Part shown: positions 28,357-38,568 of the stretch, one piece after another | Numbering within the stretch: the stretch's first letter is position 1 | Layout: each line of letters opens with the position of its first letter | IMG/VR virus record: IMGVR_UViG_3300027740_000003 | Location: 352,001-416,000 of that record | Source of the DNA: a virus | Lineage: Duplodnaviria; Caudoviricetes | DNA length: 64,000 nt | Strand: one strand, 5' to 3' | Program-made: the position numbers and the translations under genes | The notes under the pieces: generated by a model | What the model saw: only the letters and a program-made list of their open reading frames with translations | What the model was told of the DNA's origin: nothing | Databases searched by the model: none

Positions 28357-28805
28357 GGTATTTTTCCTCCGTTGCTATCAATTATATTTTCAAGCCCTAA
28401 AAACCATGGTTTAGGAATTTCGTCTCTTTTTACCCATCTCCACTCTTCACATTTATTAGGCTCCATAATTTTAGCAAAAACCCTATTAACAAGAATACAC
28501 TTCATAAACAAATTAATATATCTTTTATCATCTGAAAATTCGTCTACAGTAAACCCTACTTCTTTACAACTACTACTATCTATAGCAATTCCTGTCTCTT
28601 CAGCAAGTTCCCTAACAGCCGCAACATTAGGCAATTCTCCAGGCTCCATATGCCCTCCTGGAAATGCCCAGGTTCCTGCTCCATGAGATCCTTTCCTTAA
28701 ACCAACAAGAACATGTCCATCATGCTCTAAAATTAAAGAAACCCCAAGTTTAAATGGGGATGCCGCTTTAGGAAAATTACTACCTCTAGTCGTCATCATA
28801 TACAA
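28353..28805 (-). CDS. Nudix hydrolase (MutT/NUDT15-like)
   Basis: Nudix box [23 protein letters not shown]; [10 protein letters not shown]. Confidence 0.92.
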   Translation of the reverse strand: MYMMTTRGSNFPKAASPFKLGVSLILEHDGHVLVGLRKGSHGAGTWAFPGGHMEPGELPNVAAVRELAEETGIAIDSSSCKEVGFTVDEFSDDKRYINLFMKCILVNRVFAKIMEPNKCEEWRWVKRDEIPKPWFLGLENIIDSNGGKIP

Positions 28806-28811
28806 ACTCCT

Positions 28812-29186
28812 TTAAAACCATTTGTCCCACTTTTCATCGCATCCACCATCATAATCTTCCCAATCATCAACATTTGTACCATATTTTTTCAGAGCTTCTA
28901 AAACTCTTTTTCCTTTTTGTGTCAGCCAATAATAGCTAATTGCCCCGCCATGATCAATTAATCTAATGTGGTCTAAATAATAAGCGAACGCCCACCAATA
29001 TGACATATGCTCATCTGGAAGATCTTTAGGAAAACTCTTTGTTTCTCCACCCTCTAACCAAATTAGTAATAATTTCGAAACAGAATCCGGATCCCCACAT
29101 CCACAAAAATGTTGGGAAAACCACTCAGACAAATATCCGCTAGGTGGAATTTCTTCTTCATTCATCATTGTATTCTCCTTCGTCAT
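28812..29186 (-). CDS. hypothetical protein
   Basis: 124-aa ORF, AGGAG SD. Confidence 0.7.
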   Translation of the reverse strand: MTKENTMMNEEEIPPSGYLSEWFSQHFCGCGDPDSVSKLLLIWLEGGETKSFPKDLPDEHMSYWWAFAYYLDHIRLIDHGGAISYYWLTQKGKRVLEALKKYGTNVDDWEDYDGGCDEKWDKWF

Positions 29187-29373
29187 TGGTAAACATTGAT
29201 ATTATAATCTCTGGTTTAATACCTTTTAGAGAATTATCATCTGAAAATTTTTCCACGAGAGGCCCTAAAACTTTTGCTAATATAGATCCTGTTGGAAAGA
29301 TAACCTTCTCAATTTCCTTCTTATCTTCCTCAGAAGCCGTTTTCAGCCACTCTAATACATCATACAACTCCAT
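29158..29373 (-). CDS. hypothetical small protein, probably near-leaderless
   Basis: ATG 9 nt below -10 box, no SD. Confidence 0.6.
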   Translation of the reverse strand: MELYDVLEWLKTASEEDKKEIEKVIFPTGSILAKVLGPLVEKFSDDNSLKGIKPEIIISMFTNDEGEYNDE

Positions 29374-29382
29374 AGCTGTACC

Positions 29383-29411
29383 AATCTAATCATCTACACG
29401 GCCTCTGTCAA
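29383..29411 (-). promoter_or_regulatory. sigma70-type promoter
   Basis: TTGACA-17nt-TAGATT. Confidence 0.72.
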
Positions 29412-29914
29412 GCCTGGCCCAAATAGACCTGCCACTCGGGATGAATATCATTAATCAAATATAACTCGCCTGCCAAATCAGAATTTGGCACCGTAGGCTG
29501 TTTTAATATTTTCATTCCTGCTTGCTCTGGAGTTCTATCTCCTTTTTTGCTATTACATGAATAACAAGAACAAACACAGTTCTGCCAACTTAAATGTCCT
29601 CCCTGGCTTTTTGGGAGAATATGATCTATTGTTAACTCACTTGTTTTAAACTGCCCCCCGCAATACATACATATAAATCTATCTCTTTTAAATAGACCAA
29701 TTCTGTTAAATCTGCTCTTTTTTGGGATCCACTTAACATAATATAACAAACGAACTATTGCTGGGAAATTAATTTCTCCACTTCCCCAGCGTAGTATTTC
29801 GTTGTCCCAACTTGATACTATCTCTACTTTTTTCTTAAAAAATAGCCTTATTGCTCTTCTTTCATTAAGAAAAGCAATTGGTTGATATGTTGAATTTAAT
29901 AGAAGGACTTTCAC
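29408..29914 (-). CDS. HNH endonuclease (McrA-like)
   Basis: VLLLNSTYQP, CMYCG, TIDHILPKSQGG, NCVCSCYSCNSKKG. Confidence 0.92.
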   Translation of the reverse strand: MKVLLLNSTYQPIAFLNERRAIRLFFKKKVEIVSSWDNEILRWGSGEINFPAIVRLLYYVKWIPKKSRFNRIGLFKRDRFICMYCGGQFKTSELTIDHILPKSQGGHLSWQNCVCSCYSCNSKKGDRTPEQAGMKILKQPTVPNSDLAGELYLINDIHPEWQVYLGQA

Positions 29915-29929
29915 TGAACTAGGTTCTTT

Positions 29930-30721
29930 CTATGCTTTTCCGTCAATTTTATTTTTAAGAGCTGACCATTGTTCCATACTTAAAAGAGTAATGTCTGCTT
30001 CTGGATACTTACTAAATACCTCAAGATATTTTGTTGGAGACTTTGTATATTCTATAGGAAGCTTTCCTGTATCAATATGACCAATAATTTTTTGAATTGT
30101 ATTTAGTGTATTTGCAACTGATTGTCTCATTGCAACTTCTTCTTGAGGATTACGTGGATTCCTCTTGAATAGAGAAATTAATTCTTTTCTCTGTGAATAA
30201 GCAAATAATCTACGATAAAGCTGTGTAAAATAATTCTGTAATCCGGTTTTTAATTCAATTGTCAAAGTAATTGCATTTGATGCATTTTGTGTAGCAGTAG
30301 GTTGTGCAAACGTTGAAGCTGGCTTTGGAGCCTCTTCAGGTTCCGGAGTAGTTTTCGGCTTCGCAGCGGGTTTGTCAAGATACTGAACCATAGCTTGTGC
30401 AGAAGGGCCCTCTGTATCTGCTGAGTTTATATTTTTAGTCAATTCTTTCCATGATTTATATGATTCTACATAATCAAGAGTATCTGTTCTTGCCGCAGCA
30501 ATTCCTCTTTTATACGCTTCTTGATTAAATCCTTCCGGCAAAATATTTTTTAGTGGTGGAACTCCAACTGTTGCCGCATGATATCCTAAATAAAACGAAT
30601 TCCATGGTTCTCTAGTAAGTTCTGCTGATTTTGCGGCCTTTGCCTCTTCTTCGGCCGAAAGCTGAGCTTGTTTTATCATCCCACGATAAATTGTCTTGAA
30701 AATATAATCTAGTTTGTCCAT
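29930..30721 (-). CDS. hypothetical protein
   Basis: 263-aa ORF with Pro/Ala/Thr linker. Confidence 0.75.
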   Translation of the reverse strand: MDKLDYIFKTIYRGMIKQAQLSAEEEAKAAKSAELTREPWNSFYLGYHAATVGVPPLKNILPEGFNQEAYKRGIAAARTDTLDYVESYKSWKELTKNINSADTEGPSAQAMVQYLDKPAAKPKTTPEPEEAPKPASTFAQPTATQNASNAITLTIELKTGLQNYFTQLYRRLFAYSQRKELISLFKRNPRNPQEEVAMRQSVANTLNTIQKIIGHIDTGKLPIEYTKSPTKYLEVFSKYPEADITLLSMEQWSALKNKIDGKA

Positions 30722-30742
30722 AACCGAATGTCCAAAAAGTAG

Positions 30743-31438
30743 TTATTGATTTTTAAATTTTTCTAAAGCTTCCCTTATATCTAGCCCATCAATATCATTT
30801 CCTAAAACTTCCCATCCTTTTCTAGGTCTTCTACCAAATAATTCAAGCTTTACTATACTTTCGCCCGGAAACATAATATCTAACCTGTCTTGCAACTCCT
30901 CCGGCTTTTGTGAGTGTTTTGATAAAGCGGGTCCAATATATACAGATCTTTGAGAACGATTCTTTAATAATTTCGTATACTTACCTTTGGTTGCAACCAA
31001 AGCAATCTCATGAGTTTGTCGGAAACAATGTCCCATAAAGAAATTTAAAACATCGCTAATATCAAATTCCTCTATTTTTTCTGAAATAAGTTTTTTAAAA
31101 TCGTTCTTATCTTCTTTTTTTAGAATTTTATATATGTCTTTTCCTAGGTTAACCAATGGATTTTGTTTAGTTTTTACCCAAATAAAAGTTTGAGAAACAG
31201 TAAATCCCCATTTATTACAGCATTCTATACCAACTTCAATTTTAGAAGAAGGAACCCATAATACAAGTACACACTCAGACGCACACACGCCTGGAACATC
31301 TAGATTTATAATATCTTTATCCGTCATTACGGAATAATTACTTTCAGCTCCCCTTTTTGTTGCGGACATAAGGAGACGGTCCGAAAAACTCCACGCAGGA
31401 TCACAAGCAATTACGTTAGCTTTCACCAAAATCTCCAC
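30743..31438 (-). CDS. MT-A70 family adenine methyltransferase
   Basis: CDPAWSF, NYSVM, LVLWV, FIWVKT, HSQKPE, KLELFGR, GWEVLGND. Confidence 0.88.
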   Translation of the reverse strand: MEILVKANVIACDPAWSFSDRLLMSATKRGAESNYSVMTDKDIINLDVPGVCASECVLVLWVPSSKIEVGIECCNKWGFTVSQTFIWVKTKQNPLVNLGKDIYKILKKEDKNDFKKLISEKIEEFDISDVLNFFMGHCFRQTHEIALVATKGKYTKLLKNRSQRSVYIGPALSKHSQKPEELQDRLDIMFPGESIVKLELFGRRPRKGWEVLGNDIDGLDIREALEKFKNQ

Positions 31439-31725
31439 CAGGGCTTTTTAAACTCTACCCCTGTATTTCCCTCAATTGGTCTAAGATCAATTAATCTTCT
31501 TGATAACCTGCCTAATAAATTATTTAAAACAAACATGTGATATTTTTCCGGCAAAGAATCAAATTGATCGGCATTTAATAGAATATCACATTTCCATTCT
31601 GAACCATCTTCCAAAATAACAGTTAACACATCAGTTATTTTAAAACAGTCAGTTTTAATAGTCATCCCCCCGTTTGTAGTAAAACTTATACCGCTACTCA
31701 TCTTCTTTCTCTCCAAGAATATCAA
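31423..31725 (-). CDS. hypothetical protein
   Basis: about 100-aa ORF ending KKPWWRFW. Confidence 0.6.
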   Translation of the reverse strand: MIFLERKKMSSGISFTTNGGMTIKTDCFKITDVLTVILEDGSEWKCDILLNADQFDSLPEKYHMFVLNNLLGRLSRRLIDLRPIEGNTGVEFKKPWWRFW

Positions 31726-32146
31726 TCAAGGCCTCTATTTTTGTTTGCAATAAATCAATATAAACAACTTTTGATTTTGCCACCAATTCCTCTTTGCTCT
31801 CAATTGCTTCCAGGGCCTTTTTTCTCAACTCTCCTGCTTGCAACACATCTCTAAACTGGGTTTTCTTCACTCGACCGAATTTTTCTACATCAATCAAATC
31901 CCTTATCGACTCAATTGATAAATCTTGAATCGTTCCCTCATTCATCTTTATGTTCTTTGCAGCTGTTAAATAATTATTCGACAACCTACTAACTTCATCA
32001 TTAGCCCGGTTCACCTCAGAAATTATTCCGTCATGTTCTGCTAGTTTCTTATTAACCTCCGGATGTTCATCAATCCTTTGTAAGGTATCTTTGAATTTTT
32101 CTCTAGCACGACGTTTTATCCACGGATTTTTTCTAGGTTTCTTCAT
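31694..32146 (-). CDS. hypothetical protein
   Basis: 150-aa ORF. Confidence 0.7.
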   Translation of the reverse strand: MKKPRKNPWIKRRAREKFKDTLQRIDEHPEVNKKLAEHDGIISEVNRANDEVSRLSNNYLTAAKNIKMNEGTIQDLSIESIRDLIDVEKFGRVKKTQFRDVLQAGELRKKALEAIESKEELVAKSKVVYIDLLQTKIEALIDILGEKEDE

Positions 32147-32541
32147 CTTAGAATAATTTTATATCCTTCTTTCTCTAAATAACTCGATAACATAGGTCTA
32201 ATTGATGTATATCCGTATCTTTCCCAGGTCAAAAATGTATCTCCATCCTGGAAAGGAAGAATGTCTTGAACAGTCTTTTCTTGTTTTGTAGCAGATTCCT
32301 TTATCTCATAAAAGAAATCATCCAATTGTTTTTTGTAGTTGGAAACAAAGAAATCGGACGCCTTCTTTTGATCTTCCAATTGCAATCGGCGATATTCGTC
32401 AGTAATTTCTTGCAAGGGAACAAATGGTTTAAATGCGCCATCTATTTTTGTTTCGTCTGGCTTTGAAGTAGCTATAGCTATCTTTTTTCCAGATCCGTGG
32501 TTCTGAGTTTCTCGATATGATGCAAAATATAGTGTTGTCAT
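32143..32541 (-). CDS. hypothetical protein (DUF488-like N-terminus possible)
   Basis: LYFASY...KKIAIA; weak pattern only. Confidence 0.55.
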   Translation of the reverse strand: MTTLYFASYRETQNHGSGKKIAIATSKPDETKIDGAFKPFVPLQEITDEYRRLQLEDQKKASDFFVSNYKKQLDDFFYEIKESATKQEKTVQDILPFQDGDTFLTWERYGYTSIRPMLSSYLEKEGYKIILR

Positions 32542-33140
32542 TTTACCTGTATTGGGTTTAAATTGATTGTTTCGCCACCGTTTTCTGGAACAACAATATT
32601 CATTTCAGCACTAACTGTCGGTATGCCAGCTGAGCCCTTTTTAAATACTTTTACAATATAGTTTCCGGGAGGTAAGGCTCCAAACCATTTGCCTGCCGTA
32701 TTCGTTTTTTTATTATCCATTAGGACCAAACTATTACTTCCAGGAGACATTGTGAATATTTCTACTTTAGCAGAAGGGACAGCTTGCCCATTTGAAAAAC
32801 ATACCTTCTGTTGAACGGTAGTATTGCCAGCTGGAGATTGAACATATCTCAAATCTCTCCTCTTTCCTTTTGGCAAATCATCCTCTGTTGCTTGTAGAAA
32901 CTCATATTCCTCTTCCTTAACCGCAGGAACAAACTGTGCATTTCCCAAATTAACACCCGATTTTATTCCAGGCATCTGAGATTGAACAGGTTTTGGAGGA
33001 GCAATTGATGCTGTAGGTTTTTCTAATTTGGATATTCTGTTAGCAAGATTTTTTAATAAAGAATCATTGTTCCTAAGGTGTCCAAGAACCTCGTCCAATT
33101 TAGATTCAATATCTAACAATATTTCTGACGCTTTTCTCAT
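32538..33140 (-). CDS. hypothetical protein, coiled coil plus C-terminal transthyretin-like beta-sandwich
   Basis: KTNTAGKWFGALPPGNYIVKV; start re-set to MRKASE. Confidence 0.65.
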   Translation of the reverse strand: MRKASEILLDIESKLDEVLGHLRNNDSLLKNLANRISKLEKPTASIAPPKPVQSQMPGIKSGVNLGNAQFVPAVKEEEYEFLQATEDDLPKGKRRDLRYVQSPAGNTTVQQKVCFSNGQAVPSAKVEIFTMSPGSNSLVLMDNKKTNTAGKWFGALPPGNYIVKVFKKGSAGIPTVSAEMNIVVPENGGETINLNPIQVK

Positions 33141-33314
33141 ATTAATATATCGTCTCGATTTACAAGGCATCGAGCTGCCTTTGTAGCTTCTATTATCGCG
33201 CCGGTTGGAAACGATCTAGTCCTGTCTCTAATTATTTTAATCACACCTGATACAATTTAATAAACCGATTTTGTATCAACTGAATTAGTAATTGGTCTGT
33301 TAGATATATTTTTA

Positions 33315-33962
33315 TTACCCCTCATCTACCAACAATCCATATTTTAAATTAACCCTCTTTAACAAAAGAAATTCAGAAACATCAGCTTCTTCGCTATTTT
33401 CTAATAGCTCTACTAACGTTTCCACAACTTTCTTTTTACTTCCAGCTACTACAACACTTTCCTCATGAAGCAGTATATATTCCCCAATATTAACCTGAGA
33501 AAAAGAAAATTCTTCATCGTCTTCTAGTGCCTGTTGGGCAGGAGTTAATGGTGGAGAAAAAACCTCCTCAACTTCAATTGGTTCATTATAAACTTTTTTC
33601 CCTGTTATTACCTGATCTTTTGTCCAAACAAGGTCTTCATTCTGCCCAACAGATAAAGCTCTTTCTCGCTTTATTTCCATTGAAGCATCTTCTAAAACAT
33701 CTGTTCCAAGAACCTCTTCTAATTCCTCTTTGGAAATCTTGCCATTCCTATAATCTTTAACAAAAGAAATTAAAGCCTGGTTCCTTTGTTTATTTGTGTC
33801 TTCTTTTTTTATAAGCTTATTATATTTCTCAAAATCAGCCGGGTCAGATTCTCTGACCTGTGCCGGAGTTATCCCTAGACGTTTATACTCAGGCGTGTAT
33901 GCCTTCTTTTGAACATCTTGAACCACCCTTCGCCTATTATTTTTAATAAAGATTTCGCTCAT
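33315..33962 (-). CDS. hypothetical protein
   Basis: 215-aa ORF, GGAG SD. Confidence 0.75.
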   Translation of the reverse strand: MSEIFIKNNRRRVVQDVQKKAYTPEYKRLGITPAQVRESDPADFEKYNKLIKKEDTNKQRNQALISFVKDYRNGKISKEELEEVLGTDVLEDASMEIKRERALSVGQNEDLVWTKDQVITGKKVYNEPIEVEEVFSPPLTPAQQALEDDEEFSFSQVNIGEYILLHEESVVVAGSKKKVVETLVELLENSEEADVSEFLLLKRVNLKYGLLVDEG

Positions 33963-33965
33963 AAT

Positions 33966-34262
33966 TTATTCTCCACGACCCTGTTGTCTACGTTCCTGCT
34001 TCTTCTTCATTCTCTTTCCCCATTCACCAGATTGAACGAGTCTCATTTTATATTCATATGCAAGCCTCTTCTCAGTAGCCTCCCTTGCCTTCCGACGTTT
34101 CTTCACAGAAGGTTTTTCGTATTGCTGTCTTTCCTTGTATTCAGCAATAACTCCCTCCCTTTGAACTAAATTTTTAAAAGCTTTTGCTGATTGTTCAAAA
34201 TCATCTGGGTTTCTAACTATTACCTGCAATGGTTTAAACTTGTTTAGATAATCATCATTCAT
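33966..34262 (-). CDS. rpsU: ribosomal protein bS21 homolog
   Basis: VIVRNPDDFEQSAKAFKNLVQREGVIAEYKERQQYEKPSVKKRRK. Confidence 0.88.
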   Translation of the reverse strand: MNDDYLNKFKPLQVIVRNPDDFEQSAKAFKNLVQREGVIAEYKERQQYEKPSVKKRRKAREATEKRLAYEYKMRLVQSGEWGKRMKKKQERRQQGRGE

Positions 34263-34264
34263 TT

Positions 34265-35584
34265 TTACTCTATTCCTATTTTTGTTTGATTTTCCGAGAT
34301 AAAGTCTGAATCAACATTTTTCTTGTCAGATAAAAGTTGCTTCATAGCTTTTTCTATGTCCTTCTTCTGTGGGTTTTCTCTTCCAGAAGATAAAGCATGG
34401 AATGCTGAAGTAATATATAACTCCTTAAGATAAGCATATGAAAACTTTCTTTCGACCGCAATTTTTACAATATAATTCAAATTATTCTGTCTAATAGAAT
34501 TACCATACCATTTTTGAAGATATTTCATTGCCAAATCCTCTGTTGGCAAAGGAAATTCCCATTTTCTATCAAATCGAGACGGTCTGTTAAGAACAGCTCC
34601 GCCTAACCTTGATAAATCATTTGCGGTAGCAACAACCAATATTCCATTCCTAGAATATACCCCATCCATTAAATTCAAAAAATGAGACAGGCTAACATTG
34701 CCATTCCCCAACAAAGTATCTAAATCCTCAAAATAAAGCAATGCCGGCTCTTGATCTTGCGCATATTCAAATGCATCTGTTATTACTTCGTCATTGGTCT
34801 GTTGGCCAGTCATAACCGTCACTGGCTTGAAATCATAGTTGGAAATAATCGTTTTAATGCAGCTGGACTTACCCAGGCCTACATCACCATACAAAAGCAC
34901 ACCCCGCTTCCAAGGAATTTGCTTTTTTGCATACATTTCTTTAGCAGAAAGGAACCCTTCTACAGTACCTCTAATCTGGTCTTTAAGATCTTCTGGTAAG
35001 AACAAATCATCCCAAGACATATTCTTCTCATAAGGAATACTCTCAGCACCAACCACATGGATCTCTAAATTGTTCCTATCTCTCTCCGTAAGCCAGTCAT
35101 CAAACGTATTTCTTAATTCAATATACTTTTCATAATCTTTGTCATCCATAATTGCAAAAAAAGACACCTCGTCCTCATTCTGATTTCCTTTATGAAATAA
35201 AGCTGCATGTAGGAACTGTAGCTTCTTATAAGAAATTTTAAATACTCCTTGGGCCATAAAATGTTCATTATGGTTATCACTCCTCCAAGAAGCAACTGAA
35301 TCTCGATATAAACACTCTATCTTTACACCTACTTGTTCAGAAAATTCAAAAAAAGCCCCATCCATAACTATTTTATTATGGATCCAACAATGTAATAGAC
35401 CTACATTGTTAGTTATACTAGTTCCAAAAGTATCTTTGGCCCAATGCATTAACTCAATTAAATTTTGAGTTGGTCTTTGATTAAAGGTCCAGTTATTTTT
35501 TGGATTTAATAAATCAAGTCTTTTTGCACTAAGATGTTCTTGTAAATCAACCTGCTCTTCAGTTAAATAGTTATTTTCAGCCAT
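34265..35584 (-). CDS. AAA+ ATPase (BCS1/FtsH-like ATPase module, no protease domain)
   Basis: WKRGVLLYGDVGLGKS, YFEDLD, ATAN, LNRPSRFD. Confidence 0.9.
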   Translation of the reverse strand: MAENNYLTEEQVDLQEHLSAKRLDLLNPKNNWTFNQRPTQNLIELMHWAKDTFGTSITNNVGLLHCWIHNKIVMDGAFFEFSEQVGVKIECLYRDSVASWRSDNHNEHFMAQGVFKISYKKLQFLHAALFHKGNQNEDEVSFFAIMDDKDYEKYIELRNTFDDWLTERDRNNLEIHVVGAESIPYEKNMSWDDLFLPEDLKDQIRGTVEGFLSAKEMYAKKQIPWKRGVLLYGDVGLGKSSCIKTIISNYDFKPVTVMTGQQTNDEVITDAFEYAQDQEPALLYFEDLDTLLGNGNVSLSHFLNLMDGVYSRNGILVVATANDLSRLGGAVLNRPSRFDRKWEFPLPTEDLAMKYLQKWYGNSIRQNNLNYIVKIAVERKFSYAYLKELYITSAFHALSSGRENPQKKDIEKAMKQLLSDKKNVDSDFISENQTKIGIE

Positions 35585-37772
35585 TTGTCTTTTTCTTAGC
35601 CTTCTTTGTTGTTCTTGCCTTTAATGCCTTTTGAACAGCCCCCGGTTTTTTATTAAATTGTTGTTGCTTCCTTAATGCAGTTGGGTCGTTCCAACCACCC
35701 TTATCTTCTCCAGGAAGATCCTCGACATGTTTACAATTGTGTTTTTCAAAATACCCCATGCAAGTCAATTTTCTTTGTCCACTAAATACATTAACAAATA
35801 ACTCACATCCACAATCTGGACACTTCTTTCCATATGGCACCTTCCTGTTTCCTTTACATTTAGGATAATTAGAACAATAATAGAATGGTCCAAACTTGCC
35901 CGCACTATTCAAAAACATGCCAGCGCCACACTTGGGACAACTAACTCCATCTACTACTTTTCTTTCTTCCTTTGCTTTAATTATATATTTCCCATCAATT
36001 AACTCAACCGCATGGGAACCTTTACAATCAGGCCTTTTTACACATGCAACATAAAACCCATACGGACCATGCTTTAATACAGTCTTCTCACCACATTTCG
36101 GACACGGTATTCCTATATCTTCACCCGATAATGCAGACGCTTTCTTGCACTCCTTCTGGAATGGAATAAAAAATTCATCTAAAGCCTTTACATATCCTAA
36201 CTTTCCTTCAGCAATTTTATCTAATTGCTCTTCCATATTGGCCGTATATTGATAATCCATAAAGGTAAAATTATCCTTTAACTTGGCTATCACCTTTTTC
36301 CCTAAATCCGTAGCATGATAAGTCTTATTCTTTATCTCTACATAATCTCTGCCTTTTATTGTTTCTATAATTGTTGCATATGTAGAGGGCCGGCCTATTC
36401 CACGTTTTTCTAATTCATTTACTAGAGTGGCTTCACCATACCTGTTTGGTGGTTGGGTGAACTTTTGTTCAGCTACTATTTTTGGATCTACCAGATGCAA
36501 ATTATCTTTAGCATCCAAAGATGGAAGCATTTCATCTGCACCATCTTCTTTCTTCAAATCCCCGGCAACCGACAGCCAACCCTCATATTTCAAAGATCTT
36601 CCATTGGCTTTTAGCTCATGGCCCGAAGAGGATTTAATAACCACAGACATTGTGTCATAGACAGCAGGTTCCATCTGAGAGGCCACGAAACGCTCCCAGA
36701 TTAGCCTGTAAAGCTTTTTATGGTCATCGTCGAGGAATACTGCATCCGGCTTCTTAAACACGTCTGAGGGCCGTATAGCCTCATGTGCATCCTGTGCTGA
36801 ATCTTTTGATTTATAAAAATTAGCCGTTTTTGGCAAAGACATATTATTTTTCTGAAGAAAATCCCTAACGGAAGTTATTGCTTCCGGAGATATTCTTACC
36901 GAATCGGTTCTCATATATGTAATTAATCCAGTCTCATAAAGTGATTGCGCCAATTGCATCGTTTTCTTTACCGGGAATCCGTATCTTCCTGATGCCGATT
37001 GTTGCAATTTAGATGTAGTCAAAGGTGGGTAAGGATTTCTATTCTTTTCTTTTCTTTCAACCGATTCGACAACATATGAATCTGTATCAAGTTGAGACTT
37101 AATTTTATTTGCTTTTTCCTCATTATTAACTTTGCCGGTATATTTTGCAACAAAACTTTCTGTAGTTTTGGCCAAGGTTGCATTTATGTTCCAATATTCT
37201 TCTGGGACGAAGGCTTCTATTTCTAATTCTCGGTCTACGATAAGTCTTGCTGCAACAGACTGGACTCTTCCAGCGGAAAGATTTTGTCCAACCCCTTCTC
37301 GTAAATAATCAGAGGCAAGGAATCCTACAAGACGATCTACTACACGCCGAGCCTGTTGGGCATCAAAAAGATCTTCGTCGATGTCTCTTGGGTTAGCGAC
37401 TGCATTTTGCAGCACCGTTTTCGTAATTTCATTAAAAGTAATACGTTTTATTGGTTTTCCAGTTGATTCTAAACATGATCTTAAATGCCAAGCAATGCTC
37501 TCACCTTCCCTATCGGGATCAGAAGCTAATAATATCAATCCAACATCACTGGCCGCATCAATGATTGATTGAATTTTATCTTTTTTATCTGGCATTAATT
37601 TATATTTGGGCTTATAATCATGTTCAATATCTACGCCTAATCTGCAAGTTTTATCTCCAGTTGCAAGATCTCTAATGTGTCCATAAGAGGCTCTAAGAAT
37701 ATAATTAGAGCCCAGATATGAAGATATTTTTTTCATTTTACTGGGAGACTCCACAATTATTAGTGTTTTCAT
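35577..37772 (-). CDS. topA: DNA topoisomerase IA with C-terminal zinc ribbons
   Basis: IIVESPSK, DPDREGE, AGRVQS, LITYMRTDS, GIGRPSTY, three C4 ribbons. Confidence 0.96.
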   Translation of the reverse strand: MKTLIIVESPSKMKKISSYLGSNYILRASYGHIRDLATGDKTCRLGVDIEHDYKPKYKLMPDKKDKIQSIIDAASDVGLILLASDPDREGESIAWHLRSCLESTGKPIKRITFNEITKTVLQNAVANPRDIDEDLFDAQQARRVVDRLVGFLASDYLREGVGQNLSAGRVQSVAARLIVDRELEIEAFVPEEYWNINATLAKTTESFVAKYTGKVNNEEKANKIKSQLDTDSYVVESVERKEKNRNPYPPLTTSKLQQSASGRYGFPVKKTMQLAQSLYETGLITYMRTDSVRISPEAITSVRDFLQKNNMSLPKTANFYKSKDSAQDAHEAIRPSDVFKKPDAVFLDDDHKKLYRLIWERFVASQMEPAVYDTMSVVIKSSSGHELKANGRSLKYEGWLSVAGDLKKEDGADEMLPSLDAKDNLHLVDPKIVAEQKFTQPPNRYGEATLVNELEKRGIGRPSTYATIIETIKGRDYVEIKNKTYHATDLGKKVIAKLKDNFTFMDYQYTANMEEQLDKIAEGKLGYVKALDEFFIPFQKECKKASALSGEDIGIPCPKCGEKTVLKHGPYGFYVACVKRPDCKGSHAVELIDGKYIIKAKEERKVVDGVSCPKCGAGMFLNSAGKFGPFYYCSNYPKCKGNRKVPYGKKCPDCGCELFVNVFSGQRKLTCMGYFEKHNCKHVEDLPGEDKGGWNDPTALRKQQQFNKKPGAVQKALKARTTKKAKKKTNG

Positions 37773-38568
37773 CTATTATTTCTCGATTTCCTTTTAAAAG
37801 GTTTTCTTTGGCTGATAGGGGGCGAAGGTTCTCTAAAGCCCAACATTTCTTAAAATTTTCATCTTCCATTGATGTATATATCAATTTAGATTGCGGAATT
37901 ATATGATCAATTTGCCAAGTCCAAGTTGTTGAATTATTATCGTCCCATGTAGCCACGCGATATATTCCATAATTTGACCAATTCATCCACGGTTCAAATT
38001 GTTTTTCTAAATGTTCTTTAAGTTCTATTGGTGTATATGGCAAATGTTTAAAAGACGAACCGCCATTTTTAGAAGATCCAGCTCTATGCAAAGCTTCCAG
38101 AATCATATGAGAAATACCGTGTCTCATTATTAATTCTGGTTTTGATTTAATCCAATTACGTTGTTTTTTATTAATTTTTTTTCTATTTTTCTGTGAATAA
38201 ATTCTGTCTTGCCGTTTTTTCTTTATTTTATTTTCTGGTTTTGAATAATGTTTTTGTTTTTCAATTTTTATTTTATCTGGATGTTTTTCTCTATATTTTC
38301 TTTTTGATTTTAGAACTTTGTCTCTATTTTTTGATCTCCAGTTCTGTTTCCTTTGGCGATCTAATTCTTTGTGTGAATTTTTGTATTTTTTATCAATTTG
38401 TTTAGAAACTTCTTTTCTACATTCTATACAATATAAAAGTCTAATATCTGAAGATCTCCAAAAATCCTCTGTTAAAGGAAGAAATTTATGACAACGTTTA
38501 CATTCTTTATTTACTTTCTCGTCCCAATTCTTGCATACCATTAATATCACCCAATAATTCGTCTGCAA
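37738..38568 (-). mobile_element. free-standing HNH homing-endonuclease-like gene
   Basis: CKRC/CIEC, K/R-rich repeats, WQIDHIIP...CWALENLRPLSAKENLLKG. Confidence 0.75.
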
